From Nitrospiraceae bacterium (GTDB lineage Bacteria > Nitrospirota > Thermodesulfovibrionia > Thermodesulfovibrionales > Dissulfurispiraceae): DNA of 64,000 nt. The translations under genes were made by a program, and so were the position numbers. The notes below the pieces were generated by a model that did no database searches, was not told the origin of the DNA, and saw only the letters and a program-made list of their open reading frames with translations. The first letter of the stretch is position 1, and the number at the start of each line of letters is the position of its first letter. The stretch spans positions 28,328-92,327 of the forward strand of contig JAJFVG010000144.1 in the NCBI GenBank assembly GCA_021371915.1, in the 5' to 3' direction. Below, piece after piece: positions 21,328-28,588 of the stretch.

Positions 21328-22311
21328 TCATTGCTTTTTAAAGGGGCTCAGGCTTGAAAATTCAAATAGAGTGGACATGGCCTTGCTGTCTGTGGATATG
21401 CCGGACTCCTCAAGCATTGCCACAGGGTTGAGCCCTCCGACTATCACCACGCCCACCTTGTCCGTACTGACAGGAACCTCAAAGACAGGCCTGTTGGGTT
21501 CTCCGATATGCAGAACTCCGTTGATGCCTTTTTCTTTCATCTTTTTTGCCAAATCTTTTGCCTGCTTTAGACATACTATCGGAATCTCCCTGTAGCTTGC
21601 GAGCACCCTGCCGTTGCCATCCTTTACAGCGCCGGCAACATCCGTCATCTTGCTCCTTATGAATACTTCAAGCGGATCGAGCGACGAACCTTCATAACTT
21701 ATAAGCGAAAGGAATCTTCTGGGCGCGCCGTTTTGTATTTCGAGAACTCCTCCGAACCTAGAAGCAACCGGAATGCCGGCCTTCAGGAATATGCCGTTTA
21801 TGGTCACGCTGCATACCGTGCCGATGGCTGCCTTACCCTCAGGTACAATAAAGTCTCCAACAGTCTCTCCGCTGCGCGCGATTATCATTCTGTTGCTCAT
21901 CACATACGGGGTTGAAAAGACCTTTTCCATCAGCTTTATGCATTGAGACAACTTGTCTTCAGGCAGACAGGATATATTGAGTATAACCTTGCCTTTCATT
22001 TCATCCAGATCAATGGTGGTCTGGTATGAATATGCCTCTATCTTGCTTATTACAAAACCGACCTTCTCTGAGACATGCGAATGTTTAAGCTCGTTGCGGC
22101 CTTTTTCAGTGATCTTTCTTCCTTCTTTGCCGAAAACCTCGGTAAGGCCCTTCTCATCGAGAAACTTCATATGGTATCTGACAGTTCTCTCGGTAAGGTC
22201 TATCCCGTGCATCTTGAGCTCCTTGGATATCTCTCCTGAGCCGATAATATCCGTGTGCTTGTCAAGCACCTTGAGGATGGCCAGCATTGTTTTGTTCATT
22301 TTTGTTTTCAT
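21328..22311 (-). CDS. nrpR: NrpR-type (DUF128) nitrogen regulatory repressor: winged HTH plus one NrpR domain
   Basis: LAILKVLDKHTDIIGSGEISKELKMHGIDLTERTVRYHMKFLDEKGLTE... is the characteristic NrpR N-terminus, followed by a single NrpR regulatory domain. I prefer the start at MKTKMNK (22311) over 22338, which lies inside a palindrome. Confidence 0.8.
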   Translation of the reverse strand: MKTKMNKTMLAILKVLDKHTDIIGSGEISKELKMHGIDLTERTVRYHMKFLDEKGLTEVFGKEGRKITEKGRNELKHSHVSEKVGFVISKIEAYSYQTTIDLDEMKGKVILNISCLPEDKLSQCIKLMEKVFSTPYVMSNRMIIARSGETVGDFIVPEGKAAIGTVCSVTINGIFLKAGIPVASRFGGVLEIQNGAPRRFLSLISYEGSSLDPLEVFIRSKMTDVAGAVKDGNGRVLASYREIPIVCLKQAKDLAKKMKEKGINGVLHIGEPNRPVFEVPVSTDKVGVVIVGGLNPVAMLEESGISTDSKAMSTLFEFSSLSPFKKQ

Positions 22312-22330
22312 ACCCCATTCAGTACCGTGC

Positions 22331-22352
22331 GGGGGCATGTTAACATGCCCCC
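22331..22352. promoter_or_regulatory. perfect 22-nt palindrome GGGGGCATGTTAACATGCCCCC between gdhA and nrpR
   Basis: Read directly from the sequence: 9-bp arms with a TTAA centre. It sits 20 nt upstream of the preferred nrpR start and 100 nt downstream of the gdhA stop. No T-run follows it on the minus strand. Confidence 0.4.
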
Positions 22353-22452
22353 GTAGCGCATACCATTATTGAAGTGTAACAGAATTCTTTCTGCTTCTTC
22401 TACAACGCAGTTAATACCATGCCGCCTCTTTATAGGGGGCGGACCGTTGTTA

Positions 22453-23802
22453 CTATATAATGCCCTGACTGATCATTGCCTCAGCCACCTTTACAAAGCC
22501 GCCCACATTGGCGCCGTTAACATAGCTCACGCTGCCATCAGGCCGTTTGCCGTATTTAAGGCATGTGTTGTGAATGCCCTTCATTATCTTGAGCAGCTGT
22601 GCGTCTACCTCTTCTCTTGTCCATGAAAGACGCATAGCATTTTGGCTCATCTCCAGGCCTGAGGTTGCCACTCCACCGGCATTGCTTGCCTTGCCAGGTG
22701 CATAAAGCACCTTCTTCTGCTCAAACACTTTTACAGCACCCTCTGTTGAAGGCATGTTGGCCCCTTCGCTAATGCAGAAGACACCGTTTTTGACGAGCAT
22801 GGCTGCGTCATTTTCATCAAGCTCGTTCTGTGTAGCGCATGGCAACGCAACATCAACCGGCACGTTCCATGGCTTTACGCCTGGCAGGAACTTTGCCTTC
22901 ACTTTTTCCGCATATTCGTTGACTCTGCCGTAGTGGACATTCTTCACATCCATAAGAACAGCGAGTTTTTCAGGAGTAAAACCATCCTCATCCACAACAG
23001 TTCCGCTGGAGTCAGAAACCGTGACAACCTTGGCACCCAGTGACATAGCCTTTTCAACAGCATACTGAGCAACATTTCCCGATCCTGATACGGAAACCCT
23101 GAGCCCGTCAAATGAGCGGCCAGCTGTCTTGAGCATCTCGTCAGCAAAATATACAACACCGTAGCCGGTAGCCTCAGGCCTTATCAGTGAACCGCCGAAC
23201 GCAAGGCCTTTACCTGTGAACACGCAGTCTGCCTTGTTTGAGAGTTTTTTCATCATTCCAGCCATAAAGCCAACCTCTCTGCCGCCTACTCCGATATCGC
23301 CTGCTGGAACGTCAGTGTCAGAACCGACATGTCTGAACAGTTCACTTACGAATGCCTGGCAAAAACGCATCACCTCTCCGGGGCTGCAACCCTTTGGATC
23401 AAAATCAGAACCTCCCTTGCCGCCGCCCATTGGAAGTGTTGTCAGAGAATTCTTCAATGTCTGTTCAAATGCGAGAAACTTGAGAATAGAAAGGTTGACC
23501 GTGGGGTGAAAGCGGATACCGCCCTTGTAAGGGCCTATTGCTGAGCTGTGCTGTATCCTGTATCCCTTGTTAACCCTGACTGTTCCATGATCATCAACCC
23601 ATGACACGCGAAACATTATAACGCGCTCAGGCTCAACCAAACGTTCAAGCAGGCCATGCTCTGCATAACGCGGATTATCTGATATGAAAGACCAGAGGCT
23701 CTCCATTACCTCATTAACAGCCTGCAAAAACTCAGACTGTCCTGGATTTCGTTTTGCAACATACTCCATAAATTCACAAAGATTCTTGTGTTTCATTGTC
23801 AT
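22453..23802 (-). CDS. gdhA: NADP-specific glutamate dehydrogenase
   Basis: 449 aa. The catalytic-Lys region LPMGGGKGGSDFDPKG and the nucleotide-binding region VSGSGNVAQYA are present. GGGAG RBS. Confidence 0.95.
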   Translation of the reverse strand: MTMKHKNLCEFMEYVAKRNPGQSEFLQAVNEVMESLWSFISDNPRYAEHGLLERLVEPERVIMFRVSWVDDHGTVRVNKGYRIQHSSAIGPYKGGIRFHPTVNLSILKFLAFEQTLKNSLTTLPMGGGKGGSDFDPKGCSPGEVMRFCQAFVSELFRHVGSDTDVPAGDIGVGGREVGFMAGMMKKLSNKADCVFTGKGLAFGGSLIRPEATGYGVVYFADEMLKTAGRSFDGLRVSVSGSGNVAQYAVEKAMSLGAKVVTVSDSSGTVVDEDGFTPEKLAVLMDVKNVHYGRVNEYAEKVKAKFLPGVKPWNVPVDVALPCATQNELDENDAAMLVKNGVFCISEGANMPSTEGAVKVFEQKKVLYAPGKASNAGGVATSGLEMSQNAMRLSWTREEVDAQLLKIMKGIHNTCLKYGKRPDGSVSYVNGANVGGFVKVAEAMISQGII

Positions 23803-24093
23803 CTCCCTTTTGTTTTTTTGTTGCTTACAAATAATGAATTCATATCATTATTAATTAATAGACAGTGTGGCCACCTCCTTGCATTTCAGTATTCTTAATC
23901 TCAAGATCAGTATTGTTTAAGCGTAAAGCAAAAAAAATCTTTGCTTTACAAGCTATTCGCTGCACTTTTAATATTAGGCATGGATTCAACGGCAAAGCAT
24001 AGCCATCGATAAAAGACAGCATAGCATAGCATATTTATTAAAAATTCAATAGGAAAATTATAAATACTGAATTCCGGCTGGAATTCAAACAAA

Positions 24094-24123
24094 CATGGCG
24101 GCGGGCCTAGGCCCGCCGCCATG
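24094..24123 (-). terminator. GC-rich hairpin terminator downstream of the GltS-FMN paralogue
   Basis: CATGGCGGCGGGCC-TA-GGCCCGCCGCCATG. On the minus strand it is followed by TTTGTTTG. Confidence 0.6.
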
Positions 24124-24148
24124 TAGTGACTTGCAAAAAATCAGATAC

Positions 24149-25744
24149 CTATTTTGCGTTGAGAACCTTTATGGCCTCTTTTCTGTACGAATCCATCAGA
24201 TATGGTATGCCGGTCACTTTTGCGCACTCCTCCGTGAGAGACATGATCTCATTTCTTGTTATGGATTCAATGTTAAAGCACCTTGCACCAGCCATGAGCT
24301 GCTGGAGGCCAACCTTTATCTTCTGCGAATAGCTGTATATGCCTATCGCGCCCAAAGGAATGTTTTTGATCTCCTTGTTGCCGACTATATTTTTTACATC
24401 TTCATAGTTGACGAATATCTCCTCAACCGTTGAGCCGAACTCGCTCACGGTCTTTGGAAGGTCGTTCTCCTTCATCCACTTGTCAATGTTCTTACCGACC
24501 ATGCCGGGTATCATCAATGCGCGGCCCATGCATACAGCCTTTGTGAAAGGAGCGCCGAGGGAAAGGGCCTTGAATACACCGTCTTCACTGCTGAATCCGC
24601 CTGCAAAGGCTATGTCAGGAACACGCTGTTTCTTCTTTGCAAGTATGGCGCAGAACTCTGCTGCTGCTGCATGCAGATAGAGAGAAGGCATGCCCCACTC
24701 TTCCATCATTCTCCATGGGCTCATGCCTGTTCCGCCGGGTGCGCCATCGATTGTAAGAAGGTCGATCTTTGCCTTTGAGCTCCACTTTATCGCCATTGCA
24801 AGCTCTCTGAGTCCGTATGCGCCGGTCTTAAGCGTTACTCTCTTGAAGCCGAGCTTTCTTAGTCTGTTGACCTCTGCGTAAAAACCCTGCTCATCCACAA
24901 AGCCGAGCCTGCTGTGGCGCTCAAACTCCTTTATCGCTCCATCCTTGAACGCTGCCTGCACAACAGGATCAGAAGGATCGGGTGTTACTATGTATCCGCG
25001 CCTCTGAAGCTCAAGCGCGCGTTCGAGAGAATTTACCTTTATCTCTCCGCCAATGCACTTTGCGCCCTGTCCCCATTTGAGCTCTATGGTGTCTATTTTG
25101 TGTTTGTCGATAATGTACTCTGCAACACCGAGTCTTGTGTCCTCAACATTCATCTGCACGAGTATCTCGCCATAGCCCTGGTGATAGCGGCGGTACTCCT
25201 CTATTCTCCTGTCCATGTCAGGGGCCTTGACGATCTTGTTCTTGCTGTTGAGTTCGAGCTTCGGGTCTATGCCACATACATTCTCACCGCATACTATTGT
25301 TACGCCTGATATGGCTGCACCCACTGCAAAGTGCTCCCAGTTTTTTCTTGCGATCTCTGTTGAGCCGAGTGCGCCTGTGAATATCGGGGCCTTCATCTTC
25401 ACTTTCTTGGTCCAGCCGTATTCAGTCTCTGTGTTCACATTCGGAAATGTAGCTGTGTCAGGCGATGCCTTTGTGCCCTTTGGAAGTCCCTTTGCGCCCA
25501 TTGCATAGCCATGAATGTTGAGATGAGAATAATCAACCGGATAGTCCTTGTCTCCGCCTGCGGTTATCTCTCCGAACGGACCCGGATAGATAACCTCTCT
25601 GCCCCTGAAAGTTGCCTTGAAGACTTCGCAGTTTCCACGGCATCCGTCAATACAGCGTGTGCAGAGTCCGCTCATCGGCGCCACGTTTCTTGAGCGGTTG
25701 CTTGTCTTTGTTGCATCGTTTGCGTTTGGTCTTTGCAGATTCAT
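24149..25744 (-). CDS. glutamate synthase-related FMN-binding domain protein (stand-alone GltB domain-2 paralogue)
   Basis: 531 aa. N-terminal Cys cluster CTRCIDGCRGNC, then a TIM-barrel GltS FMN domain (ELKWGQGAKCIGGEIK, IDGAPGGTGMSP, FAGGFSSEDGVFKALSLGA). Confidence 0.85.
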   Translation of the reverse strand: MNLQRPNANDATKTSNRSRNVAPMSGLCTRCIDGCRGNCEVFKATFRGREVIYPGPFGEITAGGDKDYPVDYSHLNIHGYAMGAKGLPKGTKASPDTATFPNVNTETEYGWTKKVKMKAPIFTGALGSTEIARKNWEHFAVGAAISGVTIVCGENVCGIDPKLELNSKNKIVKAPDMDRRIEEYRRYHQGYGEILVQMNVEDTRLGVAEYIIDKHKIDTIELKWGQGAKCIGGEIKVNSLERALELQRRGYIVTPDPSDPVVQAAFKDGAIKEFERHSRLGFVDEQGFYAEVNRLRKLGFKRVTLKTGAYGLRELAMAIKWSSKAKIDLLTIDGAPGGTGMSPWRMMEEWGMPSLYLHAAAAEFCAILAKKKQRVPDIAFAGGFSSEDGVFKALSLGAPFTKAVCMGRALMIPGMVGKNIDKWMKENDLPKTVSEFGSTVEEIFVNYEDVKNIVGNKEIKNIPLGAIGIYSYSQKIKVGLQQLMAGARCFNIESITRNEIMSLTEECAKVTGIPYLMDSYRKEAIKVLNAK

Positions 25745-25837
25745 AAATCCTCCCTGAAATTTTTAATTAAAACTTGCAATACACCTCGTCATCTCTTGAA
25801 ATCCTCTATACCCGCACCTCCCCAGGATCAGCATTAG

Positions 25838-25851
25838 CAACAATATTGTTG
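25838..25851. promoter_or_regulatory. perfect 14-bp palindrome CAACAATATTGTTG, a candidate operator
   Basis: Seen directly. It is 26 nt downstream of the regulator gene stop and about 95-105 nt upstream of the GltS-FMN paralogue ATG. Confidence 0.3.
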
Positions 25852-25876
25852 TGAAAAACTGGTCGTTTGATTGCTT

Positions 25877-27142
25877 TTAGGTCCCGCTCCACGCAACAAG
25901 AAGCCGTGCCTCGACACCACCGGTCTCCCAGCGCGATGGGAAGATCGACCTGAAATTCAATGCATCGCCGCTTTTGAGTTTTTCAAGCCTGCCGTCTGCT
26001 GTAACCGATATCTCGCCGTCAAGGATATATATAGCCTCTTCTGCCTTGTTGTTGAAGAAATGTTTTGTGATACTGGTGTTTGGAGATATCACAACCACTC
26101 TTAAAGAGAGCTTTGGGCTGTTCACAACCGAATATATTTTCAGCCCCTGCTGCTCCACTACAGGCTGCTCAAAAATAGTCTCGCGCATCAAAAGCCAATC
26201 CTGCGCAGCACTCAGATGGTCGTTATCAAATAACTGGCCCGGCTTCAACCCAAGCGCGCTGCATATCTGAATGAGAGAATTTAATGACGGGCTTATCTGG
26301 TTGTTCTCGATCTGCGAAATAAAGCTAGGCGTAAATCCAACCTTGTCAGCCAGCTCTTTCTGGCTTATTCCGAGCCTCGTTCTTGCGGCCTTGAGCCTGT
26401 GGCCTATATCAGTGGCAGCCTCTTTTCTGAGCTGAGAAAAGAGCACGTTATTGCCTTCGATTTCGTACACATGCGGCCTGAAGGCCTCGCGGTCAGGCCT
26501 CCTTGCAAGCTTCAGAGCCTTGATGTAAAAACATTCCTTGCGCCTGTAAAGATCAAAAACAACCTGTGTTATATGACGAAGATTTGCCTTGAACTTCTGG
26601 CTGTGCGCGTCCTTTTCCAGTATCCAGTAGGCCACGGTATTTAAATCAAAAAGCCGGGGACACATATATGTGAAAAACTGGTATGTATCATTCTCATTGC
26701 CCCAAAGATTCTGCATACCTGTAAGGCTATCAAAAACATACCTGGCCCCTGGCAGCAGACTGTCCTCAATTTCATTAAGCGCTTTGGTGAACTGCTCGAT
26801 GTCTGCAGGGTTTTCTATCAGAATGCGCTTGTAATCAGCAGGCTGGTTGTAGAACTTGAGGAACTCCGGATCGTTTCTGCCTTTTCCCGATGTGAAGCAG
26901 TCTATGAATATAAAGTGCTCAGGATCGAGAAAAGCGTTTAACTCATTAACAATGCTCTGGGGGGATCTGTTAAAGCTTACATATATAACCTTTTGGGCGT
27001 CATCGATTGATTTCTTGATAAAACTTCTTATAAACAGCTCATGAGAAGTGCCGGCATCAACCTCCCATACCACATTGTCTCCAATGTAGAGGAAATCTAT
27101 CAGACTATCGAGTCCGTTTATGCCTGAGGATATCTTTTGCAT
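25877..27142 (-). CDS. three-domain regulator: degenerate KaiC/RecA-like domain, XRE HTH and cupin
   Basis: The N-terminus follows the KaiC-like pattern (SSGINGLDSLI...VIYVSF...RYVFDSLTGM...ALKLARRP), but Walker A is replaced by VDAGTSHE with no Lys. The middle is an XRE HTH (LGISQKELADKVGFTPSFISQIENNQISPSLNSLIQICSALG). The C-terminus is a cupin beta-barrel. Confidence 0.75.
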   Translation of the reverse strand: MQKISSGINGLDSLIDFLYIGDNVVWEVDAGTSHELFIRSFIKKSIDDAQKVIYVSFNRSPQSIVNELNAFLDPEHFIFIDCFTSGKGRNDPEFLKFYNQPADYKRILIENPADIEQFTKALNEIEDSLLPGARYVFDSLTGMQNLWGNENDTYQFFTYMCPRLFDLNTVAYWILEKDAHSQKFKANLRHITQVVFDLYRRKECFYIKALKLARRPDREAFRPHVYEIEGNNVLFSQLRKEAATDIGHRLKAARTRLGISQKELADKVGFTPSFISQIENNQISPSLNSLIQICSALGLKPGQLFDNDHLSAAQDWLLMRETIFEQPVVEQQGLKIYSVVNSPKLSLRVVVISPNTSITKHFFNNKAEEAIYILDGEISVTADGRLEKLKSGDALNFRSIFPSRWETGGVEARLLVAWSGT

Positions 27143-27186
27143 GGCAATCGGTTACCTTATGTATAAGAACTTTAGCTAACCAGCAG

Positions 27187-27202
27187 TTTCTTTGTCAAGA
27201 AA
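27187..27202 (-). promoter_or_regulatory. inverted repeat TTTCTT-N4-AAGAAA centred on a TTGACA -35 box of the regulator gene promoter
   Basis: Minus strand reads TTTCTTGACAAAGAAA. TTGACA is at 27193-27198, with TAAAGT 18 nt downstream and the ATG at 27142. Confidence 0.35.
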
Positions 27203-27322
27203 GATCAGACAGGACGAATGCAAGACACAAACAAACGGGAATATTACTTTTATTTCAATGCGTTAATGCTTGCCATTTTTTTATTAGTAAATATAATTCA
27301 GGAATGCTAAACAGAAATTCTA

Positions 27323-27352
27323 TTGACAATTTAGCGGGTCAAACCTTATATT
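27323..27352 (+). promoter_or_regulatory. candidate sigma70 promoter of the split glutamate synthase operon
   Basis: TTGACA (27323-27328), a 17/18 nt spacer, then TATATT (27347-27352). An ~120 nt leader follows, starting with the hairpin GACGGCAA-ACGG-TTGCCGTC (27359-27378). Confidence 0.5.
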
Positions 27353-27478
27353 TAAATTGACGGCAAACGGTTGCCGTCGAAAGTCTGGGTTGCAGGACAA
27401 GGACAGGCAAAACCACTTCTGTAACAGGAAGACGCTCAGCATAAATGAGCAATAATAATCATGTGAGGTATTGATTTT

Positions 27479-28588
27479 ATGTGCAGACTGGCGGCAATAA
27501 CATCAAACAAGTACTTCTCTCCGATGGAGAACATACTTGCGCTCGAGACAATGAAAGAGGGGCACGACGGCTCCGGCCTCGGACTTGTGCTGAAAGACCT
27601 AGGCGGAGAGTTCGAGGAGCTGAAACAGTACCCCATCCTCTCCGGCATCTGCACAGGCAACGGCGTTAGCATGCTTGATCAATTCATGGAAGCACAGGGC
27701 TTCAAGCTAATGCATGTATGGACGCCGGCCACAAAACCGGTTGCAGGCATAACACCGCGCGGCCACTACTTCGCAAAGGTGTATGACTACCCTGTGCACT
27801 TCAGGCGTAGGAACCAGGCCGAGAAAGATACTCTGCTGCTAAACACACGCCTTGCGCTCAGGGAGCTAGGTGAAAAGGACGGTTCGATATTCGTCTTTTC
27901 ATTCTATCCTGATGTAATTTCACTCAAAGAGGTCGGCGACCCTCTGCAGGTGGGAGAGTTCTTCAGCCTGGACAAGGATATTGTAAAGGCAAAAATAGTG
28001 CTGGCGCAGGGCAGGCAGAACACGAACTATGCAATATACCTGTACGCGTGTCATCCGTTCTTTCTGCAGGGCTACTGCACAATGACAAATGGGGAGAACA
28101 CGGCATTCGTGCCCATTCGTGAATTTCTCCTGAGCAGGAACTTCCCCGGCTATACAGGATACAACAGCGACAGTGAGGTCTTTGCGCATATTCTTCACTA
28201 TACAACAAGACAGCTCGGCTATCCGCTCACATACTACAAGGATGTGATAACTCCTTTGAAAAATGCCGAGATGGATAACAGGCCCGACAAAGAGGCGCTG
28301 CTGCTTATAAAGCAGTCTCTCAGACCGCTCTGCATAGACGGCCCGAACTGTGTAATAGGATTCACTCCTGAAGGCTCATGCTTCATGCTTCAGGACTCGA
28401 AAAAGCTCAGGCCCGGGGTAGTGGGCGGGGTAAAAGGCAAATACGCGCTCATGTCAGAAGAGTGCGGGGTGAACAGGGTAATACCGGACAGGGACAGATC
28501 CACTGACATATTCCCGATGAAATACGACATGGTTATTGTCAAGCCGCAGGCAGAGGAGGTGCAGGTATGGAACCAGCTTCAGGGATAA
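27479..28588 (+). CDS. glutamate synthase, class II glutamine amidotransferase domain subunit (archaeal-type GltB domain 1)
   Basis: MCRLAAI: an Ntn-type catalytic Cys directly after the Met. GATase-2 fold pattern. GAGG RBS. Confidence 0.85.
   Translation: MCRLAAITSNKYFSPMENILALETMKEGHDGSGLGLVLKDLGGEFEELKQYPILSGICTGNGVSMLDQFMEAQGFKLMHVWTPATKPVAGITPRGHYFAKVYDYPVHFRRRNQAEKDTLLLNTRLALRELGEKDGSIFVFSFYPDVISLKEVGDPLQVGEFFSLDKDIVKAKIVLAQGRQNTNYAIYLYACHPFFLQGYCTMTNGENTAFVPIREFLLSRNFPGYTGYNSDSEVFAHILHYTTRQLGYPLTYYKDVITPLKNAEMDNRPDKEALLLIKQSLRPLCIDGPNCVIGFTPEGSCFMLQDSKKLRPGVVGGVKGKYALMSEECGVNRVIPDRDRSTDIFPMKYDMVIVKPQAEEVQVWNQLQG

Noticed and set aside
21328-27478. A search for the methanogen NrpR operator GGAA-N6-TTCC in the intergenic regions of the nitrogen cluster (22312-22452, 23803-24148, 25745-25876, 27143-27478).
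   Set aside because: I found no exact match by eye. The nearest is TTCC-N4-GGAA inside GAATTCCGGCTGGAATTC, which has the opposite half-site order. I therefore do not call an NrpR operator and only flag the palindromes as candidates.
27353-27478. Calling the glutamate synthase leader a glutamine (glnA-motif) or ppGpp (ykkC subtype 2a) riboswitch.
   Set aside because: Only loose similarity to the consensus as I remember it. The conserved ACGG/GGGA-type core stretches are not present, and the leader is short. It is left as an unassigned structured leader.
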